Positions 33,546-43,228 of a stretch of DNA of 57,031 nt are shown here, one piece after another. The stretch is from Solirubrobacterales bacterium (lineage in GTDB: Bacteria; Actinomycetota; Thermoleophilia; Solirubrobacterales; 70-9), in assembly GCA_036259555.1 (NCBI GenBank), contig DATABM010000117.1, forward strand, positions 1-57,031, given 5' to 3'. Made by a program: the position numbers and the translations under genes. Every line of letters begins with the position of its first letter. Within the stretch, counting starts at the first letter, position 1. The notes below the pieces were generated by a model. It did not search any database, was not told the origin of the DNA, and worked only from the letters and a program-made list of their open reading frames with translations.

Positions 33546-33905
33546 TGGAGGCGGCCGGAATCGAACCGGCGTCCCTGGCCGTAGCGCGAAGGTTTCTACA
33601 GGCTTAGCCGGCGCTTGATTCTCGGCTCCCGGGGTCCGCGCCGGCGGGCACTACGGGAGACAAAGCCCCGATTCGATTTCCCCCGGCGGACGGGGCGATC
33701 CGCCTGGGTGAGCCCGCAATTGAAGCCGGTGCCCCCCTCCGCGGGCGGGAGAGGGCCGACTCTCACTCACTTAGCTATTGACTAAGCGGCGAGGGCGAAC
33801 TCATGGTCCGCACGTATTGGTTGGTGTCGGTGTTTAACGAGGCCTCCGACAACCTCGACCTGCAACCGTTCGCACGGACCGACCAGGTCGAAGCCTGTCG
33901 CCCCC
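33546..33905 (-). ncRNA. ssrA: tmRNA (SsrA)
   Basis: The 5' GGGGGCGACAGGCTTCGAC pairs with the 3' ...GGTTCGATTCCGGCCGCCTCCA, giving a tRNA-Ala-like acceptor with G3:U70 and a T-arm. The internal tag frame ends ...ADHEFALAA-TAG. CCA is not encoded. A TACAAT box lies at 33927-33922 upstream and a small hairpin at 33525-33540 downstream. Confidence 0.9.
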
Positions 33906-33949
33906 GTGCTATGTGCTTCCCATTGTAGGGCGTCGGGTAAGCGGCTCTC

Positions 33950-35326
33950 GTGGCCGCTCGCGACTTCGACGCGATCGTGATCGGCGCCGGCGCGCCCGGC
34001 GAGGTCTGCGCCGGTCGGCTCGCCGAGGGGGGTCTGGACGTGGCGATCGTCGAGCAGCACCTGGTCGGCGGCGAGTGCTCCTACTACGCCTGCATGCCTT
34101 CGAAGGCGCTGCTGCGCCCCGGCGAGCTCCTCGACGAGGCCCGCCGCGTCCCCGGCGCCGCTGAGGCGATCAGCGGCGCGCTCGACTCGGCAGCGGTGCT
34201 CAGCCGCCGTGACGAGGTGATCCACGAGCTCGACGACTCTGGACAGCTGCCCTGGCTCGAAGAGCGCGGGATCGAGCTGTTCCGCGGCGAGGGACGACTC
34301 GACGGCGAGCGCCGCGTGATCGTCGGCGGAGAGGTCCTCACCGCACGCCGCGCCGTGGTCGTGGCGACCGGCAGCGGCGCCGCGATGCCGCCGATCGACG
34401 GCCTGGACGAAATCGGGAGCTGGAACAACCGCGAGGGAACGACGGCGCGCTCGGCGCCGGGGAGCATGGTCGTGCTGGGCGGCGGACCGGTCGGCGCCGA
34501 GCTGGCGCAAGCCTGGGGCGCCCTCGGCTCGCGGGTGACGCTGGTCGAGGGCGAAGAGCGGCTGCTGCCCCGCGAGGAGGCTTTCGCCGGCGAGCAGGTG
34601 GCCACGTCGCTGCGGGAGCGGCATGGCGTCGACGTCCGCACGGGGGTGCGGGCCGAACGAATCTCGGCCGCGGGAGACGGAGTCTCAGTCGAGCTCGGCG
34701 ACGGCGATCGACTCGAGGCCGAGGAGCTGCTCGTCGCGGTCGGACGCAAGCCGCGCACCGAGGGGATCGGGTTTCACGCAGCGGGCGTAGACGTCGACGA
34801 GCGCGGCTTCCTCGTTACCGACGACCGGATGCGCGTCGGCGGCCGCGAGTGGCTCTACGCGGTCGGCGACGTCAACGGCAGGGCCCTGTTCACCCACATG
34901 GGCAAGTACCAGGCCTGGGTCGCCGCCGAGAACGTCCTCGGCCGCCCGGCGGCCGCCGTCGCCGAAGCGACCGGTTCCCCGAGGGTGACCTTTACCGACC
35001 CGCAGGTGGCGGCGGTCGGGAAGACCCTCGACGAAGCGGAAGCCGGCGGCGTCGTCGCGCGTGCGGTCGACGTCCCGACCGACGGAACGGCCGGTGCCAG
35101 CTTCTACGGCCGCGACACTGGCGGGACCTCGCGACTCGTCGTCGACGAGGACCGCGGCATCGTCGTGGGCGCGACCTTCACCGGCTTCGAGACCGCCGAG
35201 CTGCTCCACGCCGCCACCATCGCCATCGTCGCCGAAGTCCCCCTCTCAACCCTCCGCCACGCCGTCGCCGCTTACCCCACTCGCTCCGAGCTCTGGCTGA
35301 AACTCCTAGAGAGCTACGGCCTATAG
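33950..35326 (+). CDS. FAD-dependent pyridine nucleotide-disulfide oxidoreductase (dihydrolipoyl dehydrogenase / mycothione reductase-like)
   Basis: 458-aa ORF with the FAD motif VIGAGAPGE, the redox-active GGECSYYACMPSK (CxxxxC), the NAD motif VLGGGPVGAE and a C-terminal dimerisation domain. Confidence 0.85.
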   Translation: MAARDFDAIVIGAGAPGEVCAGRLAEGGLDVAIVEQHLVGGECSYYACMPSKALLRPGELLDEARRVPGAAEAISGALDSAAVLSRRDEVIHELDDSGQLPWLEERGIELFRGEGRLDGERRVIVGGEVLTARRAVVVATGSGAAMPPIDGLDEIGSWNNREGTTARSAPGSMVVLGGGPVGAELAQAWGALGSRVTLVEGEERLLPREEAFAGEQVATSLRERHGVDVRTGVRAERISAAGDGVSVELGDGDRLEAEELLVAVGRKPRTEGIGFHAAGVDVDERGFLVTDDRMRVGGREWLYAVGDVNGRALFTHMGKYQAWVAAENVLGRPAAAVAEATGSPRVTFTDPQVAAVGKTLDEAEAGGVVARAVDVPTDGTAGASFYGRDTGGTSRLVVDEDRGIVVGATFTGFETAELLHAATIAIVAEVPLSTLRHAVAAYPTRSELWLKLLESYGL

Positions 35327-35329
35327 CAG

Positions 35330-35389
35330 CCGTCTGCCGGTTGGGGGTGGAGCGTTTTGTACTAAGCGGAACCCCCTACCGGCGGACGG
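35330..35389. terminator. Imperfect 17-bp hairpin in a convergent spacer (candidate bidirectional terminator)
   Basis: ccgtctgccggttgggg (35330-35346) pairs with cccctaccggcggacgg (35373-35389), with one G-U and one mismatch. It lies between the stop codons at 35326 and 35394. Confidence 0.4.
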
Positions 35390-35393
35390 CCCC

Positions 35394-36980
35394 TCAGACC
35401 TGCGAACGCCGCTTCAGGTCTTCCGCGAACTCCCGCGTCAGCCCCGGGATCTCGTCCAGTTCCTCGACCGACTGAAAGCGGCCGACCCGCTCGCGGTGAG
35501 CGAGCACCCTGGTCGCCTGGGTCACCGACAGACCCTGGGCGCGCAGCTGCTCGAAGCTGACCTCGTTGAGCTGAATCGTCTCACCGCCCGCCGCGGGGGT
35601 CGACGGCTGCGGGCTCGGTGCCGGCGGCTCAGGGGTCGGCGGCGTGACCGGCGGCGGACCCGGGATCGGCGGCTCAGGGGTCGGCGCCGGGGGCTGGGGC
35701 ATCGGAGGCGGGGTCGGCTGTGGGCTGGGAGTCGGCGGCGTGGGAGGCTGCGGGCCGGGCGCGGGAGGCTGCTGGTAGCCGCCCCCGACGGGCTGCACCG
35801 AGCTCAGCACCGCCTGCTCGGCGGCGGCCGCCCGCCGCTCCGCCTCGCGGGCGCGCTCCTCGGCCTTGGCGACGCTCTCCTGGATCTCGCGCAGGCGCCG
35901 GTCGCGCTCGTCCTCTTCGGATTTCAGCCGCGACAGGCGCTCTGCCTCGGCGGCGCGCTGTTCGGCCGCTTTCGTGCGCTCTTCGATCTGGCGCAGCCGC
36001 TCCTGCGCCTCGGCCAACGAGCGCTCCTGGGCTTCGCGCTCCCGCTGCAGATGCTGTTCGGCACTCTCCAGGCTCGAGGCCGGCGAGGAAGGCGGAGCTG
36101 CCACCGAAGCCGTTGACGCGGCAGCCATGCTTTGCGTCGCCTCAGCTGCCGCTTGCCGCTGCTCGGCTTCGCGCTGGAGGCGCTCGGCCTCCTGGATGCG
36201 GCGCTCCGCCTCGGCACGAATCCGTTCCTCCTCACGTTGGATTTCGGTGACCTTGTCGTGAACCCGCTGTTCGGCCGCGGCGGGGTCGTACTGGCCGGCG
36301 GTCGCGAGAGGCGCGGCTGGAGGCGGCGGCGCAACCGGAGGTGGCGGCGGCATCGGCGGCAGCTGAGCAGGCGGCTGCTGAAACTGTGCCTGTTGCGCTT
36401 GCTGCGCAGGGGGCTGGAAGCCGGGTGCCGCGGGCGGGAAGGCCTGATTGGGCGGTGGCGGTGGCGCTGCCTGTCCCACCTGATGTTGTGCCGTCTGCTG
36501 CTCGAGCAGCGCCCGCTCCTGCGCGGCTTTGGCCGCGGCCAGTTCGCGCTCGGCCTTGGCGGCCTGGCGCCGCGCCTTGCGCCCCGAGACACGCCCTCCT
36601 TGGACGGGAGCCCCCGGCGCCGGCTTGTGGCGTCGTTCGGCCCGCTTGCGCAGTCGTTCTTCGCGCCGTCGCTTCGCTTCCTCCTGGCGCCTTTTCCGCT
36701 GCTCCCGACGCGCGGCACGCTGCTGCTCGCGCGCCTGCTTGCGTTTCTCCTTGGCGCTCGGAGCTGGGCCGCCCGGCGGCGGGGGAGGCGTTGCCGGCGG
36801 CATCTTCTGGGTCTCTTCGCCCTTGCTTGGGGCCGGCGTGGCGGGCGGGGACGCCCCCTGCTTCGACTCCTTGCGCTTCTCGCGACGGCGTCGCCTGCCG
36901 ATCAACAGCAGGAGCAGCAGGATCGCAACCGCGAGCCCCGCCACGATGTACGCGATGTTGTCGCTGACGAAGTCAGCCAT
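35394..36980 (-). CDS. Membrane-anchored Pro-rich / coiled-coil protein with a C-terminal ComEA-like helix-hairpin-helix domain
   Basis: 528 aa with an N-terminal TM segment (IAYIVAGLAVAILLLLLLIG), long E/R/A/Q-rich heptad-like stretches, poly-Pro linkers and a C-terminal LNEVSFEQLRAQGLSVTQATRVLAHRERVGRFQSVEELDEIPGL. Confidence 0.75.
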   Translation of the reverse strand: MADFVSDNIAYIVAGLAVAILLLLLLIGRRRRREKRKESKQGASPPATPAPSKGEETQKMPPATPPPPPGGPAPSAKEKRKQAREQQRAARREQRKRRQEEAKRRREERLRKRAERRHKPAPGAPVQGGRVSGRKARRQAAKAERELAAAKAAQERALLEQQTAQHQVGQAAPPPPPNQAFPPAAPGFQPPAQQAQQAQFQQPPAQLPPMPPPPPVAPPPPAAPLATAGQYDPAAAEQRVHDKVTEIQREEERIRAEAERRIQEAERLQREAEQRQAAAEATQSMAAASTASVAAPPSSPASSLESAEQHLQREREAQERSLAEAQERLRQIEERTKAAEQRAAEAERLSRLKSEEDERDRRLREIQESVAKAEERAREAERRAAAAEQAVLSSVQPVGGGYQQPPAPGPQPPTPPTPSPQPTPPPMPQPPAPTPEPPIPGPPPVTPPTPEPPAPSPQPSTPAAGGETIQLNEVSFEQLRAQGLSVTQATRVLAHRERVGRFQSVEELDEIPGLTREFAEDLKRRSQV

Positions 36981-36992
36981 GCGCCCTCGAAG

Positions 36993-37475
36993 CTACCTCA
37001 TCCGGCCCTTGAATTCGCGCTCGACCTCCCGGCGCACGTCGCGCTCCGCGATCTCCTTGCGGCGATCGCGCCCCTCCTTGCCGCGCGCCAGCGCCAGCTC
37101 GAGCTTCGCCCTGCCGCCCTTGAAGTAGATCCTGGTCGGGACGAGAGTGAGGCCGCGCTCCGCGGTCTTGCCGACGAGACGCTCGATCTCGGCCCGGTGC
37201 AGGAGCAATTTGCGCGGCCGCTCGGGCTCGTGGTTCTCCCGGCTCGCCGGCTCGTAGGGCGGGATGTGGAGATTGCGCAGCCATACCTCGCCATCGTCCA
37301 CCACGGCATAGGCATCCATCATCTGCGCCTTGCCGGTCCGCAGCGACTTGACCTCCGAGCCGCGCAGGACGATCCCCGCCTCGAGCTTCTCGATCAGCTC
37401 GAACTTGTGACGGGCGCGGCGGTTCGTGGCCACGTCGCCCGAGGCCGGGGCGCGTTTCTTGCCCTTCTTCGCCAT
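36993..37475 (-). CDS. smpB: SsrA-binding protein
   Basis: 160-aa ORF with NRRARHKFELIEKLEAGIVLRGSEVKS and a C-terminal basic tail. Its ATG overlaps the rnr stop. Confidence 0.95.
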   Translation of the reverse strand: MAKKGKKRAPASGDVATNRRARHKFELIEKLEAGIVLRGSEVKSLRTGKAQMMDAYAVVDDGEVWLRNLHIPPYEPASRENHEPERPRKLLLHRAEIERLVGKTAERGLTLVPTRIYFKGGRAKLELALARGKEGRDRRKEIAERDVRREVEREFKGRMR

Positions 37476-39088
37476 CAGTCCGCTTCGACCGGTTCGAGGT
37501 CGACGCGACCGCGGGCGGCTTCGACGCCCGCCACGCGCACCGTGACGGGATCGCCGAGCCGCAGCTTCCGCCCGGATTCGGTCCCGACCAGCGCCGTCTC
37601 GGTCTCGTTCAGCTCGAAGCGCTCAGCGCCGCCGAGGAGGCGAGCCGGCAGGAAGCCCTCGTAGACGTCGCCGAGCTCGCCGCCGAAGCCGACGAAGGCA
37701 CCGGAGGGGATCGCACCCGAGACCTCGCCCTCGAAGGCCGCCTCCTCTTCCCGCTCGGCCAGCTCCCGCCGCAGCAGGAAGGCGGCGCAGATGTCGTCGG
37801 CGCTGCGCTCGACGCGCATCGACTCTCGCTCCCGCTCGCTGCAGTGCCAGGCGGTCTCGCGGGTCTGGGTGGCGCTCGGCGCCCGCTCGCCCTCGCCCAG
37901 CGCCGCCAGCAGGGCGCGGTGGACGACGAGGTCGGGGTAGCGCCGGATCGGCGAGGTGAAGTGGCAGTAAGCCGGGCTGCCGAGTCCGGCGTGGCCGCTG
38001 TTGCGCTCGCTGTATGCGGCTTGCTTGAGAGAGCGAAGCACGAGGGAGGTATACGCGTCCTGGCCGTGGCCGCGCCGCGCCGCCTCCTGGATCACCAGCC
38101 GGCTTGCCTCGGCCGCTACCTCCCCCGCCTGCCGCGGCGCCAGCGTTCCCCGTACCGCCGGAATGGGCACCTCGAGGTCGGCGAGCCGCTCGATCAGCCG
38201 TTCGACGCTGGGCGGGTCCGGTTGGGCGTGGACGCGGAAGATCGCCGGCACGCGCTTGCGCTCCAGAAGCCGTGCGACCGCTTCGTTGGCGAGGATCATC
38301 AGCCGCTCGATCAACCGGTGCGACTCGGTCTGGGCGACTCCCCGCGCCGTCGTCGGTTCACCGTCGGCGTCGAATCCGAACTCGGGCTCCGCGGAGTCGA
38401 CGTCGAGGCTGGTCGGCCCGCGCCGCTCACCCAGCGCCGCAGCCGCGGCGCGGGCGATCGCCAGCGGCTCGTCGACCGGGCGCGGGGGCGCCTCACGGCC
38501 CGAGAAGATCAGGTCGAGCTGGTCATAGTCGAGCCGGACGTCGGAGCGGATGCGGCTTCGGTAGAAGCTCGCCCGCCCGAGCTCGCCGCTCGCGCTCAGC
38601 TCGATCTCCGCCGTGACCGCGAGCCGCTCCACGCCGGGCGCCAGGCTGCAGGCGTCGGAGCTGAGCGCGTGCGGCAGCATCGGCTCCACCGTGCCTGGGG
38701 CATAGGTGCTGTTCGCGCGGTCGCGCGCCTCCCGGTCGAGCAGCGAGCCGGGCGGCACGTGAGCCGCGACGTCGGCGATGTGGATCCAGAGCTTCACCCC
38801 GTCGCCGTCGCGCTGGGCAGAGACCGCGTCGTCGAAGTCGCGCGCGGTTGCCGGGTCCACCGTGAAGGTCGGCAAGTCGGTGAGGTCGCGGCGGCGACCG
38901 GAAGCGGACTCGGCCCGGTCCGCGGCGCCGCGCGCTTCCTTCTCGAGCGGCGGCCTGAACCCGCGCCGGCCCAACTCGTCCGCGATCAGGCGGTCGACCG
39001 CCTCGCGCGCGTTGCGCGGCTCGGCCCGCCTGCTCCTCCCCCGCGCCCGCTGCCGTGACCGGTAGCGCCGCCAGTCGGTCTTGCTCAC
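37475..39088 (-). CDS. rnr: RNB-domain 3'-5' exoribonuclease (RNase R/II family, short form with a C-terminal S1-like domain)
   Basis: 537-aa ORF with the RNB strings DPATARDFDDAV, HIADVA, SLRSLKQAAYS and HFTSPIRRYPDLVVHR. It lies upstream of smpB. Confidence 0.85.
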   Translation of the reverse strand: MSKTDWRRYRSRQRARGRSRRAEPRNAREAVDRLIADELGRRGFRPPLEKEARGAADRAESASGRRRDLTDLPTFTVDPATARDFDDAVSAQRDGDGVKLWIHIADVAAHVPPGSLLDREARDRANSTYAPGTVEPMLPHALSSDACSLAPGVERLAVTAEIELSASGELGRASFYRSRIRSDVRLDYDQLDLIFSGREAPPRPVDEPLAIARAAAAALGERRGPTSLDVDSAEPEFGFDADGEPTTARGVAQTESHRLIERLMILANEAVARLLERKRVPAIFRVHAQPDPPSVERLIERLADLEVPIPAVRGTLAPRQAGEVAAEASRLVIQEAARRGHGQDAYTSLVLRSLKQAAYSERNSGHAGLGSPAYCHFTSPIRRYPDLVVHRALLAALGEGERAPSATQTRETAWHCSERERESMRVERSADDICAAFLLRRELAEREEEAAFEGEVSGAIPSGAFVGFGGELGDVYEGFLPARLLGGAERFELNETETALVGTESGRKLRLGDPVTVRVAGVEAARGRVDLEPVEAD

Positions 39089-39146
39089 CGCAGTCCCTTC
39101 CGGTGCGCTTTATGTACGTACAGGGGACAAAAGGCGCACCGGAAGC

Positions 39147-40328
39147 TCATCGTTGAGCCGCCAGGACGGTCAACCCCCGCTGCAGCACCTCGTCGCGCGG
39201 CGTGCGCGGAGAGTCGCGGACGACGACATCTGGCTCGATGCCTTTCCCAGCCAGGTTCTTGCCGTCCGGCGTGAAGTACTCGCCGATCGTCAGCTTCAGC
39301 GCGCCGCCGTTGGAAAGTCCAACCTCCTGCTGAAAGACGCCCTTGCCGAACGAGCGGGTGCCGACCACTGGGGCGCCAACGTGGTCGGCGAGAGCTGCCG
39401 CGAGGATCTCGGCCGCCGAAGCGGTGGCGCGGTCGATCAGGACGACGATCGGCATGCGGCGCAGGTTGCCCCCCTGCGTCCGGTAGACCTGCTCGCCCTG
39501 CGTGCGCGAGCGGGTCGAGACGACCTCTTCTCCCTCCGGCAGGAAGACGCTCGCCGTGAGGACCGCCTCCTCCAGCAAGCCACCACCGTTGGCACGGAGG
39601 TCGAGCAGCAGTCCGCGCGCACCGCGATCCTGGAGCTTGCGGACGGCCTCGCCGAGCGCCCCGTGGGCGCCGCTGCTGAAGGCGGCAAGACGGACGTAGC
39701 CGAGCTTCTCGCCGTCGCGGCGACGGAGGGAACTGCTGACGACCGGGACTTCGATCTCGGCCCGGGTCAGGCGCACCTGGCGCACCCGTCCGCCATCCGG
39801 GCCGAGCACCCCGACCCGCACGTCCGTCCCCTCGGGGCCCTTGATTCGAGTCGTCGCGGCGACACTGTCGAGACCGGCAATCGAGCGTCCGTTCACCGAC
39901 ACGATCGTGTCGCCGACGGCGACGCCGGCTTTCTCCGCCGGGGAGCCCGCAAACACTTTGACCACCCGCAGCCCCCGCCGCACCTGCGTGACGCTCAGCC
40001 CGACGCCGGAGAAGCGCCCTTCGATTTCCTCGTTGAAGCGGGTCAGGACGGACGGCGAGAGGTATTCGGAGAAGCGATCGCGATAGCGGCGACGCAGGTC
40101 CCGGACCATCCCGCGCAGCGAGGAGTCGATCAGCTCGCCGTTGCCGACGCGACGGTAGTAGTTGTCTTCGATCAGCTCGCTCGCTTCGGCCGTCAGGCCG
40201 GCCGAGTCGTCGACGAAGACGTCGCGAAGCTGCTCGGGCATCTTGGCCGGGTGGCCGCCCAGCCAGAGCCCGGCAGCGAGGGTTGCCAACAGGGCCAACG
40301 CGAGGCCCACGGTCCTGGCGACCGTCAC
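39147..40328 (-). CDS. ctp: S41 family C-terminal processing (tail-specific) peptidase with PDZ domain
   Basis: 393-aa ORF with an N-terminal anchor, a PDZ region (GSPAEKAGVAVGDTIVSVNG), LLLDLRANGGG and the catalytic ASAAEI context. Confidence 0.9.
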   Translation of the reverse strand: MTVARTVGLALALLATLAAGLWLGGHPAKMPEQLRDVFVDDSAGLTAEASELIEDNYYRRVGNGELIDSSLRGMVRDLRRRYRDRFSEYLSPSVLTRFNEEIEGRFSGVGLSVTQVRRGLRVVKVFAGSPAEKAGVAVGDTIVSVNGRSIAGLDSVAATTRIKGPEGTDVRVGVLGPDGGRVRQVRLTRAEIEVPVVSSSLRRRDGEKLGYVRLAAFSSGAHGALGEAVRKLQDRGARGLLLDLRANGGGLLEEAVLTASVFLPEGEEVVSTRSRTQGEQVYRTQGGNLRRMPIVVLIDRATASAAEILAAALADHVGAPVVGTRSFGKGVFQQEVGLSNGGALKLTIGEYFTPDGKNLAGKGIEPDVVVRDSPRTPRDEVLQRGLTVLAAQR

Positions 40329-40344
40329 GTCCGGCCTGGCCCGC

Positions 40345-41265
40345 TCAGACCTTGAGGAAGCGACGCAGCGTTACGCCTGAGCCGATCGCCGAGACGAGCA
40401 CCGATGCCGCGAAGAGGATCGCCACCAACGCCGGGAAGGAGAGCGTCGTGCTGTTCTGTGCGGCGAAGAAGTCGATGCTGTCGCTCAACGGGTCGACGAT
40501 GGTCAGCTTGCCCAGCCACAGGATCAGTATGGCTACCAGGCCGCCCGCGAAACCCACCACCACGCCCTCGATCATGAACGGCCAGCGGATGAACCAGCGC
40601 GTCGCGCCGACCAGCCTCATCACCTCGACCTCGCGGCGGCGCGTGTAGATGGACAGACGAATCGTGTTGCCGACCAGCATCAGCGACGCGGTTATCAGCA
40701 GCGCGGTGATCACGGTGAGGACGATCTTCAGCGCGCCGGTGACCTGCTCGATGTCTTCCCGCGCTTCCTGCCGGTTGAACTCTTCGGAGATGATCGGGGA
40801 GATCGGCCTCGGTTTGCCGTCGGGGCCGGGCGGGATCACGGCGGTGCTGACCGCATCGAGGTTGGCGGCGTCGTCGGCCTTGACCCGGAAGTTGGCCGGC
40901 AGCGGATTCGAGTTCAGCTCGTCGATCCCCAGTTCGCCTGCCTTCTCCTTGCCGAGGTCGGCTTTGAGCTCCTCCAGCGCCATGGCCTTGGTGACCAGGG
41001 TCACTTCCTCGACGTGGGGAAGAGCTTCGAGCTGGCGCCGGGCGGTGGCGATTTCGCCGCGGGTGGCGTCGTCGTAGATTGCGAACCGGGTCTCGAGGCT
41101 GTCCCGCACCTCGTCGCTCTTGGCCTGGGTCGTCTGAAAGACCGGGATGAGAACGCCGAGCAGGACCACGGTGACGACCGTGGTGACGATCGCCGCCATA
41201 CTCGGGGCGCCGTTGCGGCGCAGGGCCCGAAACGCCTCCTGGGTGAAGAAGAAGAGCCTGCCCAT
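40345..41265 (-). CDS. ftsX: Cell-division ABC transporter permease FtsX
   Basis: 306-aa ORF with a 4-TM FtsX topology and a large first extracytoplasmic loop. It follows ftsE directly (ATGA overlap). Confidence 0.9.
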   Translation of the reverse strand: MGRLFFFTQEAFRALRRNGAPSMAAIVTTVVTVVLLGVLIPVFQTTQAKSDEVRDSLETRFAIYDDATRGEIATARRQLEALPHVEEVTLVTKAMALEELKADLGKEKAGELGIDELNSNPLPANFRVKADDAANLDAVSTAVIPPGPDGKPRPISPIISEEFNRQEAREDIEQVTGALKIVLTVITALLITASLMLVGNTIRLSIYTRRREVEVMRLVGATRWFIRWPFMIEGVVVGFAGGLVAILILWLGKLTIVDPLSDSIDFFAAQNSTTLSFPALVAILFAASVLVSAIGSGVTLRRFLKV

Positions 41266-42101
41266 CAGAAGAGCGAGTCGTGTCCGTTGGTCTGGCCCTC
41301 AGGGGCGACGCCCATCTCGGCCCGCATCCGCAGGCCGAACTCGGTCGTCGACTCCTCGGTGTAGCCGCCGCTCACCTCGTCGCGAACGACGCGGCCCTCG
41401 TAAAGCTCGATCACGCGGCGCCTCATGCTGTCGACCATCTCGCGGTCGTGGGTGACGACGAGAACGGTCGTGCCGGTCTTGTTGATCCGGTAGAGCAGCT
41501 GCATGACGCCGATCGAGGTGACCGGGTCGAGGTTGCCGCTCGGCTCGTCGGCCAGCAGCAGAGGCGGGTGGTTGACGAAGGCGCGGGCGATGGAGACGCG
41601 CTGCTGCTCGCCGCCCGACAGCTCGTCCGGATAGCTGTGCAGCTTGGTAGAGAGGCCCACCAGACGCAGCGTCTCCGGCACCTGGGTGCGGATCTGAGCG
41701 CGGCTGGCGCCGATCACCTGCAGCGCGTAGGCGACGTTGTCGTAGACGGTGCGGTCGGGCAGCAGCTTGAAGTCCTGGAAGACGGTGCCGATGTTGCGGC
41801 GCAGCTGCGGAATTTTCTTCTCCGACAGGGCGCCGATGTCGCGGCCGGCGATGCGGACGCTGCCGTCGGTCGCGACCTCGTCGCGGATCAGCGTCTTGAT
41901 CAACGTCGACTTGCCGCAGCCCGTCGGGCCCACCAGGAAGACGAATTCCCCGCGGTCGATCGCCAGCGAGACCCGGTCGAGCGCCATGTGGCCGCCCGGG
42001 TAGACCTTGGTGAGGTCGCGCAGCTCGATGATCGGCGCGCGCCCGCGCCTCCCCTGCGGCGCCGGCTCGGCGCCCTTCTTCTGCTTCCTGGCTCTGGCCA
42101 T
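41265..42101 (-). CDS. ftsE: Cell-division ATP-binding protein FtsE
   Basis: Walker [10 protein letters not shown], signature LSGGEQQRV and Walker B LLLADEP. It has a short basic N-terminal extension. Confidence 0.9.
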   Translation of the reverse strand: MARARKQKKGAEPAPQGRRGRAPIIELRDLTKVYPGGHMALDRVSLAIDRGEFVFLVGPTGCGKSTLIKTLIRDEVATDGSVRIAGRDIGALSEKKIPQLRRNIGTVFQDFKLLPDRTVYDNVAYALQVIGASRAQIRTQVPETLRLVGLSTKLHSYPDELSGGEQQRVSIARAFVNHPPLLLADEPSGNLDPVTSIGVMQLLYRINKTGTTVLVVTHDREMVDSMRRRVIELYEGRVVRDEVSGGYTEESTTEFGLRMRAEMGVAPEGQTNGHDSLF

Positions 42102-42265
42102 TGCCCGCGCTCCTTCTGCGAGTACAGGGTGACTCCTGCGTGCCCAATCGCGCGCAAGACCCCGCCCAGACGCGATTCGCGACAGATTAGCGAAGTGTTA
42201 GCGGATGCTCGTATTCCCCGGGCCCGTGGAAACGATCGACCGACCCGCGAAGGTCCGCGGAGCGG

Positions 42266-43228
42266 ATGAACGACGCGACGGACGACGCGACGGGGGCGAA
42301 GCAGGAGGGAAGCTCCCTGCCTGTCATCGCCCAGCCCGAAGCAGCCGGCAAGCTGGGCGAGGGGATAAGCGCTCGCGTCACGAGCAGCCTCGACAACACG
42401 GGAAAGGCGCTCGCCGTGCTCGCTGGCCTCGGCACCTTCTTCTTCGCTGCCGGCTACTACGTCCAGTGGCAGCGCTTCAAGCGAGGCGACCTGCCGTCCG
42501 AGGAGGTGCTCGCACTGCTCCCGAGGGGCCAGATCGCAGCCGCCGGCGTCAAAGAGCTGTTCATCTCGATCGTGTTCGGCGGCGCGCTGCTTGCCGTCTT
42601 CGGCTGGGGCCTAGTAGCAGTGGCGCGCGCGACCGAAGGCAACTGGCGCGTCCTGCGCTGGCTCGGCGACCGGCTGTCCTCCCGCGAATTCCTGCTGCCG
42701 ACGGCGTTCGTCGGGTTCGTCAACATCATGATCGTGCCGTGGAGCAAGACCGGCTGCATCGTCGCCCTCACGCTCACCCTCCTCTTCCTGTTCATCCTCT
42801 TTCTCGTCCAGCGCTTCCTCTGCGGAGGCAGGGAAGCGAAGTTCCCGCTCTGGCAGCTCGCCTTGGCGGTGGGCCTCGCGGCGATCGTCCTGACCGGCGC
42901 CCGGCTCTGGGAGTTCACCGAGCCGCGGCCTGGAGCAATCATCCAGCTCGTTAGGGGGGACGCGATCGAAGGCACCTACGTCGCCAGCGACTCGAACACG
43001 ATCTTGATGCGGGTAGGCCGAACCGAGGATTCGCCTCCCCGATTGATCGTGCTGCGAAAGGACGACGTGAAGAAGGTGGAGCTGTGGAAGAGCCCCTTCG
43101 TCTTCGAGCGAGCCCCGTCGCTCGTCGACAAGGCCGCCGCGATCTTCGGCTGGGATCCTGAGTTCAGCTGCATTCCTCCGGAGTGTCGCGTCGGCGACAC
43201 TCCGATCGGGCCCTCTTCGGCGTTCTAA
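42266..43228 (+). CDS. Hypothetical polytopic membrane protein with a C-terminal soluble domain
   Basis: 320-aa ORF with 4-5 hydrophobic segments and no motif I recognise. Its GC is somewhat lower than its neighbours'. It overlaps the tkt stop by 4 nt (convergent). Confidence 0.6.
   Translation: MNDATDDATGAKQEGSSLPVIAQPEAAGKLGEGISARVTSSLDNTGKALAVLAGLGTFFFAAGYYVQWQRFKRGDLPSEEVLALLPRGQIAAAGVKELFISIVFGGALLAVFGWGLVAVARATEGNWRVLRWLGDRLSSREFLLPTAFVGFVNIMIVPWSKTGCIVALTLTLLFLFILFLVQRFLCGGREAKFPLWQLALAVGLAAIVLTGARLWEFTEPRPGAIIQLVRGDAIEGTYVASDSNTILMRVGRTEDSPPRLIVLRKDDVKKVELWKSPFVFERAPSLVDKAAAIFGWDPEFSCIPPECRVGDTPIGPSSAF

Noticed and set aside
33518-33950. Use of the tmRNA 3' end as an integration site (a duplicated ssrA 3' fragment or genomic island).
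   Set aside because: There is no second copy of the ssrA 3' terminal sequence (…ggttcgattccggccgcctcca) anywhere in the window. The flanking genes are small host-like ORFs and a housekeeping flavoprotein.
33782-34624. A 280-aa minus-strand ORF overlapping the tmRNA and the start of the flavoprotein gene.
   Set aside because: Its 3' part is the tmRNA sequence itself. The rest is antisense to a disulfide-oxidoreductase gene with clear FAD and CxxxxC motifs.
35394-36980. Repetitive DNA (GAGCG/GCGGC-rich, proline-codon runs) that might be a tandem-repeat or CRISPR-like array.
   Set aside because: The repeats are irregular. They lie in one long open frame with sensible domain order (TM, linkers, coiled coil, HhH). 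This is coding low complexity, with no spacer-repeat periodicity.
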